25,987 bases of DNA from Promethearchaeota archaeon (GCA_016839705.1 JAEOTR010000054.1:1-25987), one strand, 5' to 3'; numbered from the stretch's first letter, positions 9,077-18,911 are shown. Notes: a model not told the origin generated them from the sequence alone. Translations and numbers: made by a program.

Positions 9077-10024
9077 ATGAAAAACAAGAAAAAATCAAAG
9101 AGTAAAAAACCTAGAACTACTAGTGAATTTCAAGGAAGAATACAAGAGAATAGTATTTTTTCAAAATTAGACAACCTTGATAGTATCAGAAAGGAAGAAG
9201 GCTCTCTAGTGGAGGAGAAATTGAAAAGTGGACTATTAAAAAGCGAACAAGCAGAAAAAGAAGAAAACCTTGAGATTAAAAAGCTTAAAGTAATCGAAAT
9301 TAACAAAGAAATAGAAGATCTTCAGAAAATCAAAAATAAGTACCAAGCAGAAGAGAATTTTGAGAAAGCTATTAAAACTTCCAAAAAAATAATAGTAAAA
9401 GCTTTTTCCAACAACTTAAAATCAGTTGTTATAGAAGAGAATAAATTTATTGAAGTAACTCGAAAGAAATTAATACAAGAATCTGAAAAACCGGATGTAA
9501 AAAAAGAAGAATACATTAAGGAGATTGCAGAAGATGAATCTAAAGGTGAGGAAATTCAAAATAAAGAGCTACTTTTCAAAGTAAAAGCAACAGAAATTCA
9601 AGAAAAAAACCAATTTGAAGAGAAAAAACAAAGCATAAAGACAGCAAAACAAGAATTTGAATTAGAGAAACATAAATTCGAAGAAGAAAGAAAAGCTTTT
9701 AACTGGGAAAAAGAAATGATGGAAGAATTAAAAAAATTTGAAAGAGATAAAGTTGAAGAAGACATTGAGAAGAACTTAACACAGAAAAATGGAGAAAAAA
9801 TTAAAGAAGAAAGACAGGATCTTGAAGATGAGAAGTTAAAATTCAAAGAAGAAAAAGACAAGTTTGAACAGGAAAAATTACGATTTGAAGAAAAAGAAGA
9901 AAAATTAAAACAGGATAAAATGAGATTAGAAGAAGAAAAAGAGGCATTTAAATGGGAAAAGGAAATGTTTGAGGAAATTAAAAAACATGAAAAAGAAAAA
10001 AACGACGATTTTAAGGAATCATAG
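9077..10024 (+). CDS. Lys/Glu-rich coiled-coil protein of unknown function
   Basis: Long purine-rich ORF with heptad-spaced Phe/Leu and an internal duplication. The track start is GTG 8990; in-frame ATG 9077 looks more plausible, but the start is uncertain. Confidence 0.75.
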   Translation: MKNKKKSKSKKPRTTSEFQGRIQENSIFSKLDNLDSIRKEEGSLVEEKLKSGLLKSEQAEKEENLEIKKLKVIEINKEIEDLQKIKNKYQAEENFEKAIKTSKKIIVKAFSNNLKSVVIEENKFIEVTRKKLIQESEKPDVKKEEYIKEIAEDESKGEEIQNKELLFKVKATEIQEKNQFEEKKQSIKTAKQEFELEKHKFEEERKAFNWEKEMMEELKKFERDKVEEDIEKNLTQKNGEKIKEERQDLEDEKLKFKEEKDKFEQEKLRFEEKEEKLKQDKMRLEEEKEAFKWEKEMFEEIKKHEKEKNDDFKES

Positions 10025-10030
10025 AACAAT

Positions 10031-11041
10031 CTATATTTTTTGATTCCACCATTCTTCAACTTCGGTAAACAAATAATCATGCTTAATATTTGAGGGTCTT
10101 TCAAATAATTCAAGATGAAACCCAAGCTTTTCCAAAGTGTTAAATATATGAACCGTTCTAGAATTTGGATTGAAATCTTCTTTCCCAACAAGATTTTCCC
10201 ATTCTAATGGAAAGAAAATCTGATGTGTTATTTCGTTATTCTTAAAAGTGTCAACAATTTTTTCAATATCATTTACTAGAAATGTGATATTGTGAACCCC
10301 AGGACCGGATTTTTGTAGTTGTTCATGCCAAGAAGCTACTTTTGCAAGAGGTTGGATATACTGTAAAACCACATTGCTTAGATTTATATGTACCACTTTA
10401 CTAAACTCCCCATCTAAAAATTCAGCAAACTCTACTTCTACTTTTTCACTACCAAAGACATCATGAAGGAATTGACACGTCTTTTCTATATCTGGCACAA
10501 CTAGTTCGATATGGAGCATAGGCGACACATCTCCAATTAGATTATCATATCCCGTTACATACTTCTGCTGGAGTGGCTCAAAACCTTCCTTCAAAAACGG
10601 TTCGTATAATTCTAGGTGAAATCCAAGTATATCCATAGTATTCATTATAACTACAGGTTGAGGATTTGGTTTCATAACTTCAGCAGGGAATATTTTATCC
10701 CATTCAAAATCCATTACAATTAGTTCAGAAATTCCCTTATCCTTAAAGATTTCTCTTGTTTTTTGCATATCCTCTACCCCAAATGTAATATTATGTACAC
10801 CAGGACCATTTTTCTTCAATTGATCCGACCAGGAACCAACATATATTTTTGGTTGGACAAATTGAAATACAACATCGCCGAGTCCAACATGAATGTCTAT
10901 TGCACCCTCTCCACCTAATAATGCGGCTAATTCTTCTTGAACTTTAATTGCTCCAAGAGTTTTGTTTAAAACTTGAAAAGCAGCTTCTGCATCATTAACA
11001 GATATCTCAATATGCGTTAAAGGCGATAAATTAACAACCAT
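10031..11041 (-). CDS. Tandem VOC/glyoxalase-superfamily protein (two methylmalonyl-CoA epimerase-like units)
   Basis: Two homologous halves, each with SPxxHIE, QxxQP, GPGVHNITF and LGFHLEL. Confidence 0.8.
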   Translation of the reverse strand: MVVNLSPLTHIEISVNDAEAAFQVLNKTLGAIKVQEELAALLGGEGAIDIHVGLGDVVFQFVQPKIYVGSWSDQLKKNGPGVHNITFGVEDMQKTREIFKDKGISELIVMDFEWDKIFPAEVMKPNPQPVVIMNTMDILGFHLELYEPFLKEGFEPLQQKYVTGYDNLIGDVSPMLHIELVVPDIEKTCQFLHDVFGSEKVEVEFAEFLDGEFSKVVHINLSNVVLQYIQPLAKVASWHEQLQKSGPGVHNITFLVNDIEKIVDTFKNNEITHQIFFPLEWENLVGKEDFNPNSRTVHIFNTLEKLGFHLELFERPSNIKHDYLFTEVEEWWNQKI

Positions 11042-11175
11042 AATTTTTCACATTTTACTTTATTCATTTTGAATATTTAATCTTTCTTAAAATCAATAAA
11101 TAACCAATAAATTTCTATAAATTCACATTTATCATTATTCTTTAAAAAAAAATATTAAATAAAAAATTTTCAAAT

Positions 11176-11276
11176 TTATTTGTTATTTACATAATCTAAG
11201 AATGCTTTTACCACCATATGAAATGTAGGATCTGGAACAACGGTGAGATGGTCTCACCGTTGTCAAAATATGGCAT
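11176..11276 (-). pseudogene. Internally deleted gene remnant, probably an alpha/beta hydrolase
   Basis: GAGGT SD-like site, then ATG 11276 giving MPYFDNG. This is joined out of frame to DHLTVVPDPTFHMVVKAFLDYVNNK-stop (ends 11176). The two pieces resemble the first and last residues of alpha/beta hydrolases. Confidence 0.55.
11237..11263. repeat. Perfect 12-bp inverted repeat ACAACGGTGAGA-tgg-TCTCACCGTTGT
   Basis: Read directly; markedly GC-richer than its surroundings. Confidence 0.95.
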
Positions 11277-11292
11277 TATAATATTTACCTCA

Positions 11293-11577
11293 TTACTCTT
11301 TTATCCTTCTTAATTCTATTTTAACCGCGTTGAATCTATCCATACATTCTAGGTTAACAACATCTTGATCTGGAGTCCATGCTTTAGGGTATCCTCCTCC
11401 GAATTGAAGCATTATTATATATGGGAAGATATCGTGATAAAAAAAACCACATAAACCTCCAGTATTATGTCCACTTAATTCTAGTTTATCTCCAACTTTA
11501 TGGCCCGCATTACAATTTCCTTTTACTTCCTTTATCGTACCGACAATTCTATGTCCAATTTTTAGATTTTCAACCAT
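11293..11577 (-). CDS. TIGR04076-family small Cys-containing protein
   Basis: EVKGNCNAGHKVGD...GLCGFFYHDIFPYIIMLQFGG...ECMD pattern; GAGGT upstream. Confidence 0.75.
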   Translation of the reverse strand: MVENLKIGHRIVGTIKEVKGNCNAGHKVGDKLELSGHNTGGLCGFFYHDIFPYIIMLQFGGGYPKAWTPDQDVVNLECMDRFNAVKIELRRIKE

Positions 11578-11700
11578 TATTTTCTACCTCTTTATTATTT
11601 AATTTTGATTAAGTTAAAATTCAATTCAATTATATTTAGAGTATTAGTATGCAATTCTTATAAATCAATTAGTTTAGTAAACCCATTTATGGTATTACAA

Positions 11701-13197
11701 ATGTCAAAATTAAAAGATATAGGGCAACCTGAGGAATTTTGGGAATATTTTGAACAGATTACTAAAATTCCCCATTGTTCAGGTCATGAAGAAAAAATCA
11801 GAAATTTTATCAAAGCCGAAGGAGAGAAGTTCGGATTTAAAACTAAAGTGGACAAAATTGGAAACCTTGCGATATCTATCCCAACCAACTCAGTTACCAA
11901 GGAAAGATTAATATTACAGTGCCACATGGATATGGTGTGTGAGAAAAATAGTGATGTAAAACATGATTTTTTACAGGATCCCTTGGAATTGAAAATTGTG
12001 GAAATAGATAACGAGAAATGGTTAACTGCCGAAGGGACCACTTTAGGAGCAGATAATGGTACAGGGATATGTTATAATCTGACTGTTATGAAAAAAATAC
12101 ACGATGGAACTCTGAATCTAAATTCATTAAGTATTGAATTGCTTTTTACGGTTCTTGAAGAAGTTCGTTTAGGAGGAGCAAGAGAAATTGATAAAAATAT
12201 GGTGGAAGGTAATTTTCTTATAAACCTTGATTCTGGACGGGAGGGAATGATAACAAACGGATGCACAGGTGGTATTGGATTTATTGCGGATATTAAAACT
12301 AAACCAATGTCAATTGATCAAATTAAGGAAAAATTGATACCGTTGAGAATTTCTCTAAGTGGTCTGAAAGGGGGTCATTCTGGTGGAGATATTAATCGTG
12401 GAAGAGCTAATGCTATAAAAGTTTTAAGTCATATTCTATGGAAATTAGATAAAAATTATGTAATTTATATAAACTCAATCAACGGAGGTGGAGCAGCTAA
12501 TGCTATACCGCGGGAAGCAAACTCCAAATTATACATAAAAGAAGATCTAGTTTCAGAAATTAAATCCGTTGTTCATACACTTTTTCTAGAAATAAACAAG
12601 GGCTATGAAGGCATTGAAGAAAATATTCAAATTTCAACTGAAGAACTAGAACCTGATGTTAATGACACTGTTTTACCAAGAGAAATACAGAAAAACCTGT
12701 TAGACCTATTATATATCCTCCCTTGTGGACCATTGTCACTACATCCTAAGGTAAGAGCTTTAGCTTTTGCATCAGCGAATCTAGGAATTATAAAAACAGA
12801 AAAGGATCATATTAGATTAAGGATGTTGCTCCGTAGTTTTAATAAATATTACAACGAAGGTACATATGAAAAAATCATGACCCTTTTAGATCTGTCTGGT
12901 CTTGAAATGAATAAAACAAAGACGGGGAGTTATCCTCCTTGGGAACCCAATTATGATTCGAGATTACTAAATTTAGCCAAAGAAGCTTATAAAGAACTAA
13001 ATGACCAAGATCCATTAGTTATTTTAATTCAGGGAGGTTTAGAGAGTACGCTTTTAATTGATTTGAAACCTGATATGGAAGCTATTGCAATTGGTCCTAC
13101 AACGAAAGATGTACATTCCCCAGACGAGATGTTAAATGTCAAGTCCGTTGAAAAGACATGGAATTTTCTGTTAAAGATTCTTCAAAAATTAGATTAA
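11701..13197 (+). CDS. pepD: Aminoacyl-histidine dipeptidase (peptidase D, M20C)
   Basis: LQCHMDMVCEK, TTLGADNG, EE, NLDS, GGHSG, GRANA, HSPDE. Start moved from TTG 11605 to ATG 11701; ATG 11689 is also possible. Confidence 0.9.
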   Translation: MSKLKDIGQPEEFWEYFEQITKIPHCSGHEEKIRNFIKAEGEKFGFKTKVDKIGNLAISIPTNSVTKERLILQCHMDMVCEKNSDVKHDFLQDPLELKIVEIDNEKWLTAEGTTLGADNGTGICYNLTVMKKIHDGTLNLNSLSIELLFTVLEEVRLGGAREIDKNMVEGNFLINLDSGREGMITNGCTGGIGFIADIKTKPMSIDQIKEKLIPLRISLSGLKGGHSGGDINRGRANAIKVLSHILWKLDKNYVIYINSINGGGAANAIPREANSKLYIKEDLVSEIKSVVHTLFLEINKGYEGIEENIQISTEELEPDVNDTVLPREIQKNLLDLLYILPCGPLSLHPKVRALAFASANLGIIKTEKDHIRLRMLLRSFNKYYNEGTYEKIMTLLDLSGLEMNKTKTGSYPPWEPNYDSRLLNLAKEAYKELNDQDPLVILIQGGLESTLLIDLKPDMEAIAIGPTTKDVHSPDEMLNVKSVEKTWNFLLKILQKLD

Positions 13198-13244
13198 AAA
13201 AGCAGTCTTCTTTTTACTAGTTATTATTTTTTAGGGAATTTACT

Positions 13245-13973
13245 ATGACAAACACTACTAAGCTTGCTATTATTTCGGATATTCATGCAAATAAATACGC
13301 TTTAGACAGTTTTCTCCAGTATAATGAAGAACACTTTCAAGCTGAAAAAATCTTGAATTTAGGTGATTTTACTTCGATTGGACCCCATCCAAAAGAAGTA
13401 GTGCAAACAATTTACACAGATAAACGATTTGAAAATATAATTGGGAACAATGAAATGATCGTCTTGGGAAAACGAAAAAACGAATGGATGAGAGAAAAGA
13501 TGATTCATCATGAATGGATTGCTAACCATATTGGAAAATATCTTCTTGAGAAAATTGAAAATACCCCTACATCAAAAACTTTAGAAATGAACGGGAAAAA
13601 AATTTTAATGCTTCATTCACATTTCTATGATACTCCTGGCAGAACAATTCAGGATAACCTTTTAATTTATCAAGGAAAGACACTAGAAGAATTTTTCGAT
13701 GATTACCCTAAAGATATTGATATTGTACTTGTTGGTCATTCCCATTTACAGTTATATTTGACATGGAAAGGGAAATACATTATAAATCCTGGTTCAATTA
13801 GTATTACTTGGAAACCAATTACGTCTTTCTGTTTACTAGAAATTGATGATACTAACCTAAATGTTGACTTTAAGAATATTCCCTATGACTTCTCAAAATT
13901 GAAAGAAGATTATCAACAGAATAATGTAGTTGCGAAAGATTTTCTGATTAAATATTTCTATCCCTTTATTTAA
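13245..13973 (+). CDS. Metallophosphoesterase (calcineurin-like, YfcE/MJ0936-type)
   Basis: ISDIHAN, NLGD, GNNE, GHSH, NPGS. Confidence 0.9.
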   Translation: MTNTTKLAIISDIHANKYALDSFLQYNEEHFQAEKILNLGDFTSIGPHPKEVVQTIYTDKRFENIIGNNEMIVLGKRKNEWMREKMIHHEWIANHIGKYLLEKIENTPTSKTLEMNGKKILMLHSHFYDTPGRTIQDNLLIYQGKTLEEFFDDYPKDIDIVLVGHSHLQLYLTWKGKYIINPGSISITWKPITSFCLLEIDDTNLNVDFKNIPYDFSKLKEDYQQNNVVAKDFLIKYFYPFI

Positions 13974-14062
13974 TTTAAGATCATTACTCTATTCTTCTTT
14001 TAATAGTTAGAAAGCATAATCTATTAGAAAATCTTTTCTTTAATAATTATCTTTAGAAGATC

Positions 14063-14569
14063 ATGGAAATCATGAATCGAGAATTAATTGATCTTAATGA
14101 GCGTAAATTCCCAGAAAATGTTTGCTTTAAACCAATTGGTATGATTCATACCCCATTTAAATCACTCAAGGGAATTCCTATTCAATCAGCAATTTCAAAT
14201 ATGCAAGGAAAGTTAGAAATTTTTTCTGAATATAAGGCTGGTTTGAAAGATCTTTCCGAATTTTCTCATCTCTATTGTTTATTTTTTTTTGATATGGTAA
14301 AACAACCTGTCCCACTTCAATCTAAACCATTTTTAGATAATGACAAAAAAGGTGTATTTGCCATACGCACGCCATTTCGTCCTAATCCTATAGGCCTTTC
14401 AATTTTAGAGATAATCGAAATTAGAGACAATATGATTCACGTCAGGAATGTTGATATGTTAGATAAAACCCCGATATTAGATTTAAAACCTTACGTCTCC
14501 AGATTTGATAATATTAAATCAAATAAAATCGGTTGGTTGAAAGGAAAGATTCAGAAAAAACTTAGCTAG
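14063..14569 (+). CDS. tsaA: tRNA m6t6A37 methyltransferase TrmO/TsaA family
   Basis: FKPIGMIHTPF, GLKDLSEFSH, GVFAIRTPFRPNPIGLS, DMLDKTPILDLKPY. Confidence 0.88.
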   Translation: MEIMNRELIDLNERKFPENVCFKPIGMIHTPFKSLKGIPIQSAISNMQGKLEIFSEYKAGLKDLSEFSHLYCLFFFDMVKQPVPLQSKPFLDNDKKGVFAIRTPFRPNPIGLSILEIIEIRDNMIHVRNVDMLDKTPILDLKPYVSRFDNIKSNKIGWLKGKIQKKLS

Positions 14570-15950
14570 AAGCTTTTTGGATTAATTTTTCGTTCTTCTC
14601 TTTTCGAAGTCTTTTTGCTTGAATAGCTATAGTCTCAAGGAGTCTACGTTGGTTTGTTGATATCCAGGGTCCTTCACAATCAATAGCAGCGTACGGAATG
14701 TCACTTTTATTAGCTAGGGGGCGAATGATAGCTTGTGAATTCATTGCAGGTTGACAGTTAAAAGTTCCTAAATTAACTAGACCATCATAAATCCCTTCTT
14801 TTATCGAATGTAAGAATCTACCCGTTATAATTGGGGTTTCACTAAGACTATTGGAAGAAACATACTTATTCCCCTCTTCAAAAAGAGCAACAAAATCGAT
14901 AAATGGATCAAATAATAATCCTGATTTCCCGATGATTCTCCTAAAAATTTTACATTGAGAATTTAGGAAGTTTAAAGCACTTTTATTTCTCCTTGTTCTT
15001 TGAAATTCTTTTTGTTCATTTCCTTCTAATTCAGAAACACCTAACAATTTTTCATTAAATTGATCTTTTGGAGTTAAATATCCCTTTTTGAATCCAAATC
15101 TTATGGTGCTTTCTGCTAAAATCATACTCATCGTCTCAATAATATCTACAACTTTCACAATAATTCCTTTTTCAAGAAAAAAATCTTCTAGTGGGTAATG
15201 ATCAAACATTAAATTTAGTCCGCCAAAAATTAACACTTTAGGGATTTCTTCAATACTAGCTTTAAGAGGTATTTTTGCCACCTCTTTTGCCCATTTAACA
15301 AGACCAGTATTCAACGTCTTCTTTCCATCTTTTACACTATCGATAAATTCACTCGTTAAGTATTCAAATCTCTCCAAAGCATTAATTCTATTCTCTGCAA
15401 CACAATGTAAAGCGTTTCTTGCTTCTATAAGATATTGACCTACAATAAAATTAATGTTCTCCCAAGCTAACATATCGCGATTTAATCCTAGATAACGGTT
15501 AGTATATTTAGGAAATGCGCAAAAAATGGCATTTTTTACATTTAATCTCCTTGAAAAAGTATCCCAAAGAACGGGCCATGCACCATTCTGACATGGACCA
15601 TGATTATCTATTGGAGTACGATATATCGTTATTTCATCTTCTTTTTTGTATTCTTTAATATCTTTTAAGACTGCACCTGCTATTGCGACACTCGCAAGGC
15701 ATTCTCTTCCAGAACAAATTCGTTTAGCATATTGCAAAATAGAAGCATCAGTTTCTCCGCTTACCCTAATGTTTCGATTATACTTTTTGAATAAATTTAT
15801 AACTAGTCTTCTTCCATATGAGTTACGAGGTTCTGGATCAACGTATACTATCCTAGAGTCTTCAAAATCGACTCTCTGGCCGTTACTGTCAATAATATGA
15901 TTAAGATCATCTGAAAAGCGAGCCCTTCTTACTGATTCTATCTCTGTCAT
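14562..15950 (-). CDS. Dehydratase-like partner subunit of the upstream multidomain CoA activase
   Basis: CSGRECL, GPCQNGAW, GTFNCQP and AIDCEG...RLLETIAIQA. Starts 3 bp after the activase stop. Confidence 0.75.
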   Translation of the reverse strand: MTEIESVRRARFSDDLNHIIDSNGQRVDFEDSRIVYVDPEPRNSYGRRLVINLFKKYNRNIRVSGETDASILQYAKRICSGRECLASVAIAGAVLKDIKEYKKEDEITIYRTPIDNHGPCQNGAWPVLWDTFSRRLNVKNAIFCAFPKYTNRYLGLNRDMLAWENINFIVGQYLIEARNALHCVAENRINALERFEYLTSEFIDSVKDGKKTLNTGLVKWAKEVAKIPLKASIEEIPKVLIFGGLNLMFDHYPLEDFFLEKGIIVKVVDIIETMSMILAESTIRFGFKKGYLTPKDQFNEKLLGVSELEGNEQKEFQRTRRNKSALNFLNSQCKIFRRIIGKSGLLFDPFIDFVALFEEGNKYVSSNSLSETPIITGRFLHSIKEGIYDGLVNLGTFNCQPAMNSQAIIRPLANKSDIPYAAIDCEGPWISTNQRRLLETIAIQAKRLRKEKNEKLIQKASS

Positions 15951-15953
15951 TTC

Positions 15954-18911
15954 TTAAACAACCACACTTTGAGTTAATGATTTCATAATTTTTATATCTT
16001 TTTTCAGATGACGCTCTTCTATAATATCCAAAAATGCCCCCACTCTTGTCTCAAATCCAGCGTGGGCGGTATGAGAATCTATTTCGAGATAACAAAACGT
16101 GTGTCCTTCAAGTTGTTCCCGGTAATGATGATACATCGTACCATCAGGTCCACAAGAAAAGCACGACACAAAACATATAAAGAGGTTAGGATATTTCTTA
16201 ATATATTTTATAGCATTATCAATCTCTTGAGTGAATCTCCATACATTTCTTGATGGAACATCCTCCTCCTCTATATATGGTAATAGATCAGAAGGAATAG
16301 CATTATAACCTCTACTCACAATCTTTCGAGGTAGAGCAATGTTTACATCTGGAGGATAAACAACATAAGGTCTTCCAGCAATAATCACTGATGGCTTTTT
16401 TAATAATTCTTTCAGTTTTCTTCGCCCAAATTCAAAATATATTGCTCTGAACATTTTATAATGAGATAGGGCTACTAATCCAGCATTAATACCCACTTTA
16501 TTTTCTAATCCTAATAATGAAGCAACTCTGCCAAATTCTTTTATTGTAGTTTCAAGAAGATCTTCTGAGAGGCCAATATGTGGTGATATTATTTTTTCAC
16601 TTTCATTCTCAAAAGCTGCTCGGATAATGTCTGGAATAGTTGTTGTAGATGGACAAGTATAACCATGAATATAACCCTTTGGAATTTCCATTTCAATTAC
16701 GTGGGGTAAGAAGATATAATCAACATTTTGGCTAATTAGATCATGTACAGCCCCATGAACTAACTCACATGGATAACATATAGGAGCTTTTGTTTTTGTA
16801 TTGCCTGTTTTTGAAGGATTTGATAACACTACATTGTACCCCAACTCATTGATAAATTTTGCATATAAAGGATAGTAAATGTGAGAAGTAAGTGACATGG
16901 GTATACCAATCGTGCCAAGAGGATGCTTTACAGCACGAGCCCCAAAATCATTGATCATCATGTTATTCCTGATTTCTATAAGATCTTGACCGTCCTTTAT
17001 TTTTGTTCCTTTCTGACGCAATAATTTATATTTAGAACATAACCCTCCAAAAGGATATGTATGTCCTCTTATCAAAATCCTTTGAATTTCACAATTGTTA
17101 TCACATGATTTACATCTAAACGTATTTTTAATCTCAATTTCTCCTTTCGTAAGATTTTGTAATGAAAACTCTTCCTTTGATATTTCATTACGTTGTAATA
17201 AATCCCTCGTCATAAGTGCAGTACCTACAGCCCCCATAAGTTCGGGATGGGTAGGAACTACAACCTTTCGCTGTGAACGAGCGGCAATAGCTAAGGCTAC
17301 AGATCTATTAAGAGCAACTCCTCCAAGGAAGAGGAGATTCTTGCCGATTTGACGAGGTCCAACAATACGTGAAATATAATTATCAGCAATCGAATAAACA
17401 AGACCTGCCACAACATCTTCTACTTTAGCACCTTGCTGAAGAGCATTCCTCAAGTCAGTATTAATAAAAGCTGCACATCGTTCACCAAATGCAATTGGTT
17501 GAGTACTTTCTGTTGCAATAGAACTTATTTCTTCTACTTTGATACCCATATCTACTGATGCAGATTCTTCAAGAAAGCTACCAGTTCCCGCAGAGCAACC
17601 CTCATTCATTGCATAATCAATCGGCACTCCTTTTAAAAATGAAATGAATTTTGAATCCTGCCCTCCTATTTCAAAAACGGTATCAACATCAGGAAGTTCT
17701 TCCGTTGCTGATCTTGCATGTGCTAAAATTTCATTTAGGCTTCTGCAGTTATCTAAATAAACTGAAACCATCTCTCTTGCTGAGCCTGTTACCCCACACT
17801 GGATTAATTTTATAGAATTATCTCCCACTTGCTCTACAAGTTCGTTTATGCATTGTTTCGTTGCTAAAATGGGGTTACCTAATGTTCTTAAATACACACT
17901 TGCTCCTATTGAATTATCAGAAACATTAAATAATACGGCTTTAGTAGTAGTGGAACCCGCATCTACACCAAGTATGTATTTTTCCCCAGGTTTTAACGCT
18001 ATCTTATTTTCTGCATTAACCCGATAATCTAGAAGATGCTCTGCTTTTTCTAGTGCCTCATGAGTTTGAAATTCAATTTTCGATGATTTAAACCAATTAT
18101 CATATAGTTGATTAGAATCTTGTAGTTCAGATGCAAACAATGATGCTCCAAAAACTTCGAGATAAGGGCTTTCAGGTAATACTTTTATTTCCGAATCTTT
18201 GAGAAAGCTAGATAGATTTTTGATAAAAATCTTATTTAAAGCAACTCCACCAGATATGACGATCAATTGAGTAGGCCATTGAGCGGCATCTATCATTTCG
18301 CTTACTTTTCTCGCTAAATCATAAATTAATGTCTTTGCAATATCTGATGGAGTACATTCTCCTTTATTCAATCTGTGCGTTGCATCTGATTTACAATGGA
18401 CTGAACATCGTGTTGCCAATTGAGTAAAGTTTCCCTTCGCGCTCGTTTCTATTCCTTCTTCAATAGATAATCCCATTCTTTGAAGTTGTTGAACAATAAA
18501 TTCCCCCGTACCCGCAGCACACTTTGAAGTAGAAATTATGTTTTTAATGATACCATTTTTCATCGGGTAAACACTAAAAGTTTCTCCCCCAAGTGAAAGC
18601 AAAATGTCAGGTTTAAGATCATAATAAGACAGAGCTTTTTCAAGACATTCAATTTCTGATATATAAGGTAAATTAAGAAAACTACTCGTGGCTTGCCCAG
18701 TTATTACTATATTTGAATTTTTATCATCTTTATAGCGATTAAATATTTGTTTTATCTTTTCTTTAGGAGAACCCTCATGACGTATAACTTCACTGAGTAT
18801 CTCACCATTATGTGTTCTACGAACCCACTTTACAGAAACCGCACCAATTTCCAATCCCTCGAAATAACGAATCTTACTTGGTTTAATTGCTTGAAGACTC
18901 TTATTTAGCAC
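15954..18911 (-). CDS. Multidomain CoA-substrate activase (two ASKHA ATPase domains + DUF2229-like domain)
   Basis: Domain 1: CAAGTGEF, RCSVHC. Domain 2: GVDAGSTTTK, EIGGQDSK, CSAGTGSF, ERCAAF. Then CKSCDNNC..GGLC, followed by CYPCE, YTCP, CFSCGPD and EIDSHTAHAGFETRVGAFLD. GGTGA lies 6 nt before the GTG start. Confidence 0.92.
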   Translation of the reverse strand: MLNKSLQAIKPSKIRYFEGLEIGAVSVKWVRRTHNGEILSEVIRHEGSPKEKIKQIFNRYKDDKNSNIVITGQATSSFLNLPYISEIECLEKALSYYDLKPDILLSLGGETFSVYPMKNGIIKNIISTSKCAAGTGEFIVQQLQRMGLSIEEGIETSAKGNFTQLATRCSVHCKSDATHRLNKGECTPSDIAKTLIYDLARKVSEMIDAAQWPTQLIVISGGVALNKIFIKNLSSFLKDSEIKVLPESPYLEVFGASLFASELQDSNQLYDNWFKSSKIEFQTHEALEKAEHLLDYRVNAENKIALKPGEKYILGVDAGSTTTKAVLFNVSDNSIGASVYLRTLGNPILATKQCINELVEQVGDNSIKLIQCGVTGSAREMVSVYLDNCRSLNEILAHARSATEELPDVDTVFEIGGQDSKFISFLKGVPIDYAMNEGCSAGTGSFLEESASVDMGIKVEEISSIATESTQPIAFGERCAAFINTDLRNALQQGAKVEDVVAGLVYSIADNYISRIVGPRQIGKNLLFLGGVALNRSVALAIAARSQRKVVVPTHPELMGAVGTALMTRDLLQRNEISKEEFSLQNLTKGEIEIKNTFRCKSCDNNCEIQRILIRGHTYPFGGLCSKYKLLRQKGTKIKDGQDLIEIRNNMMINDFGARAVKHPLGTIGIPMSLTSHIYYPLYAKFINELGYNVVLSNPSKTGNTKTKAPICYPCELVHGAVHDLISQNVDYIFLPHVIEMEIPKGYIHGYTCPSTTTIPDIIRAAFENESEKIISPHIGLSEDLLETTIKEFGRVASLLGLENKVGINAGLVALSHYKMFRAIYFEFGRRKLKELLKKPSVIIAGRPYVVYPPDVNIALPRKIVSRGYNAIPSDLLPYIEEEDVPSRNVWRFTQEIDNAIKYIKKYPNLFICFVSCFSCGPDGTMYHHYREQLEGHTFCYLEIDSHTAHAGFETRVGAFLDIIEERHLKKDIKIMKSLTQSVVV

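Noticed and set aside
9322-10191. Minus-strand ORFs 9322-9516 and 9598-10191 (Ser/Phe-rich)
   Set aside because: Antisense shadows of the Lys/Glu-rich gene. The low-complexity purine strand leaves the opposite frame open.
11237-11263. Inverted repeat as a CRISPR repeat or transposon end
   Set aside because: Single copy, with no spacers, cas genes, transposase or target-site duplication.
11201-11277. Hairpin region as a SECIS element, riboswitch or tRNA
   Set aside because: The adjacent genes have no in-frame TGA, and I see no cloverleaf or recognisable riboswitch core. The deleted-gene reading explains both arms better, although a terminator role is not excluded.
11605-11700. N-terminal extension of PepD from TTG 11605
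   Set aside because: AT-rich, promoter-like sequence shared with the divergent gene. PepD similarity begins near ATG 11701.
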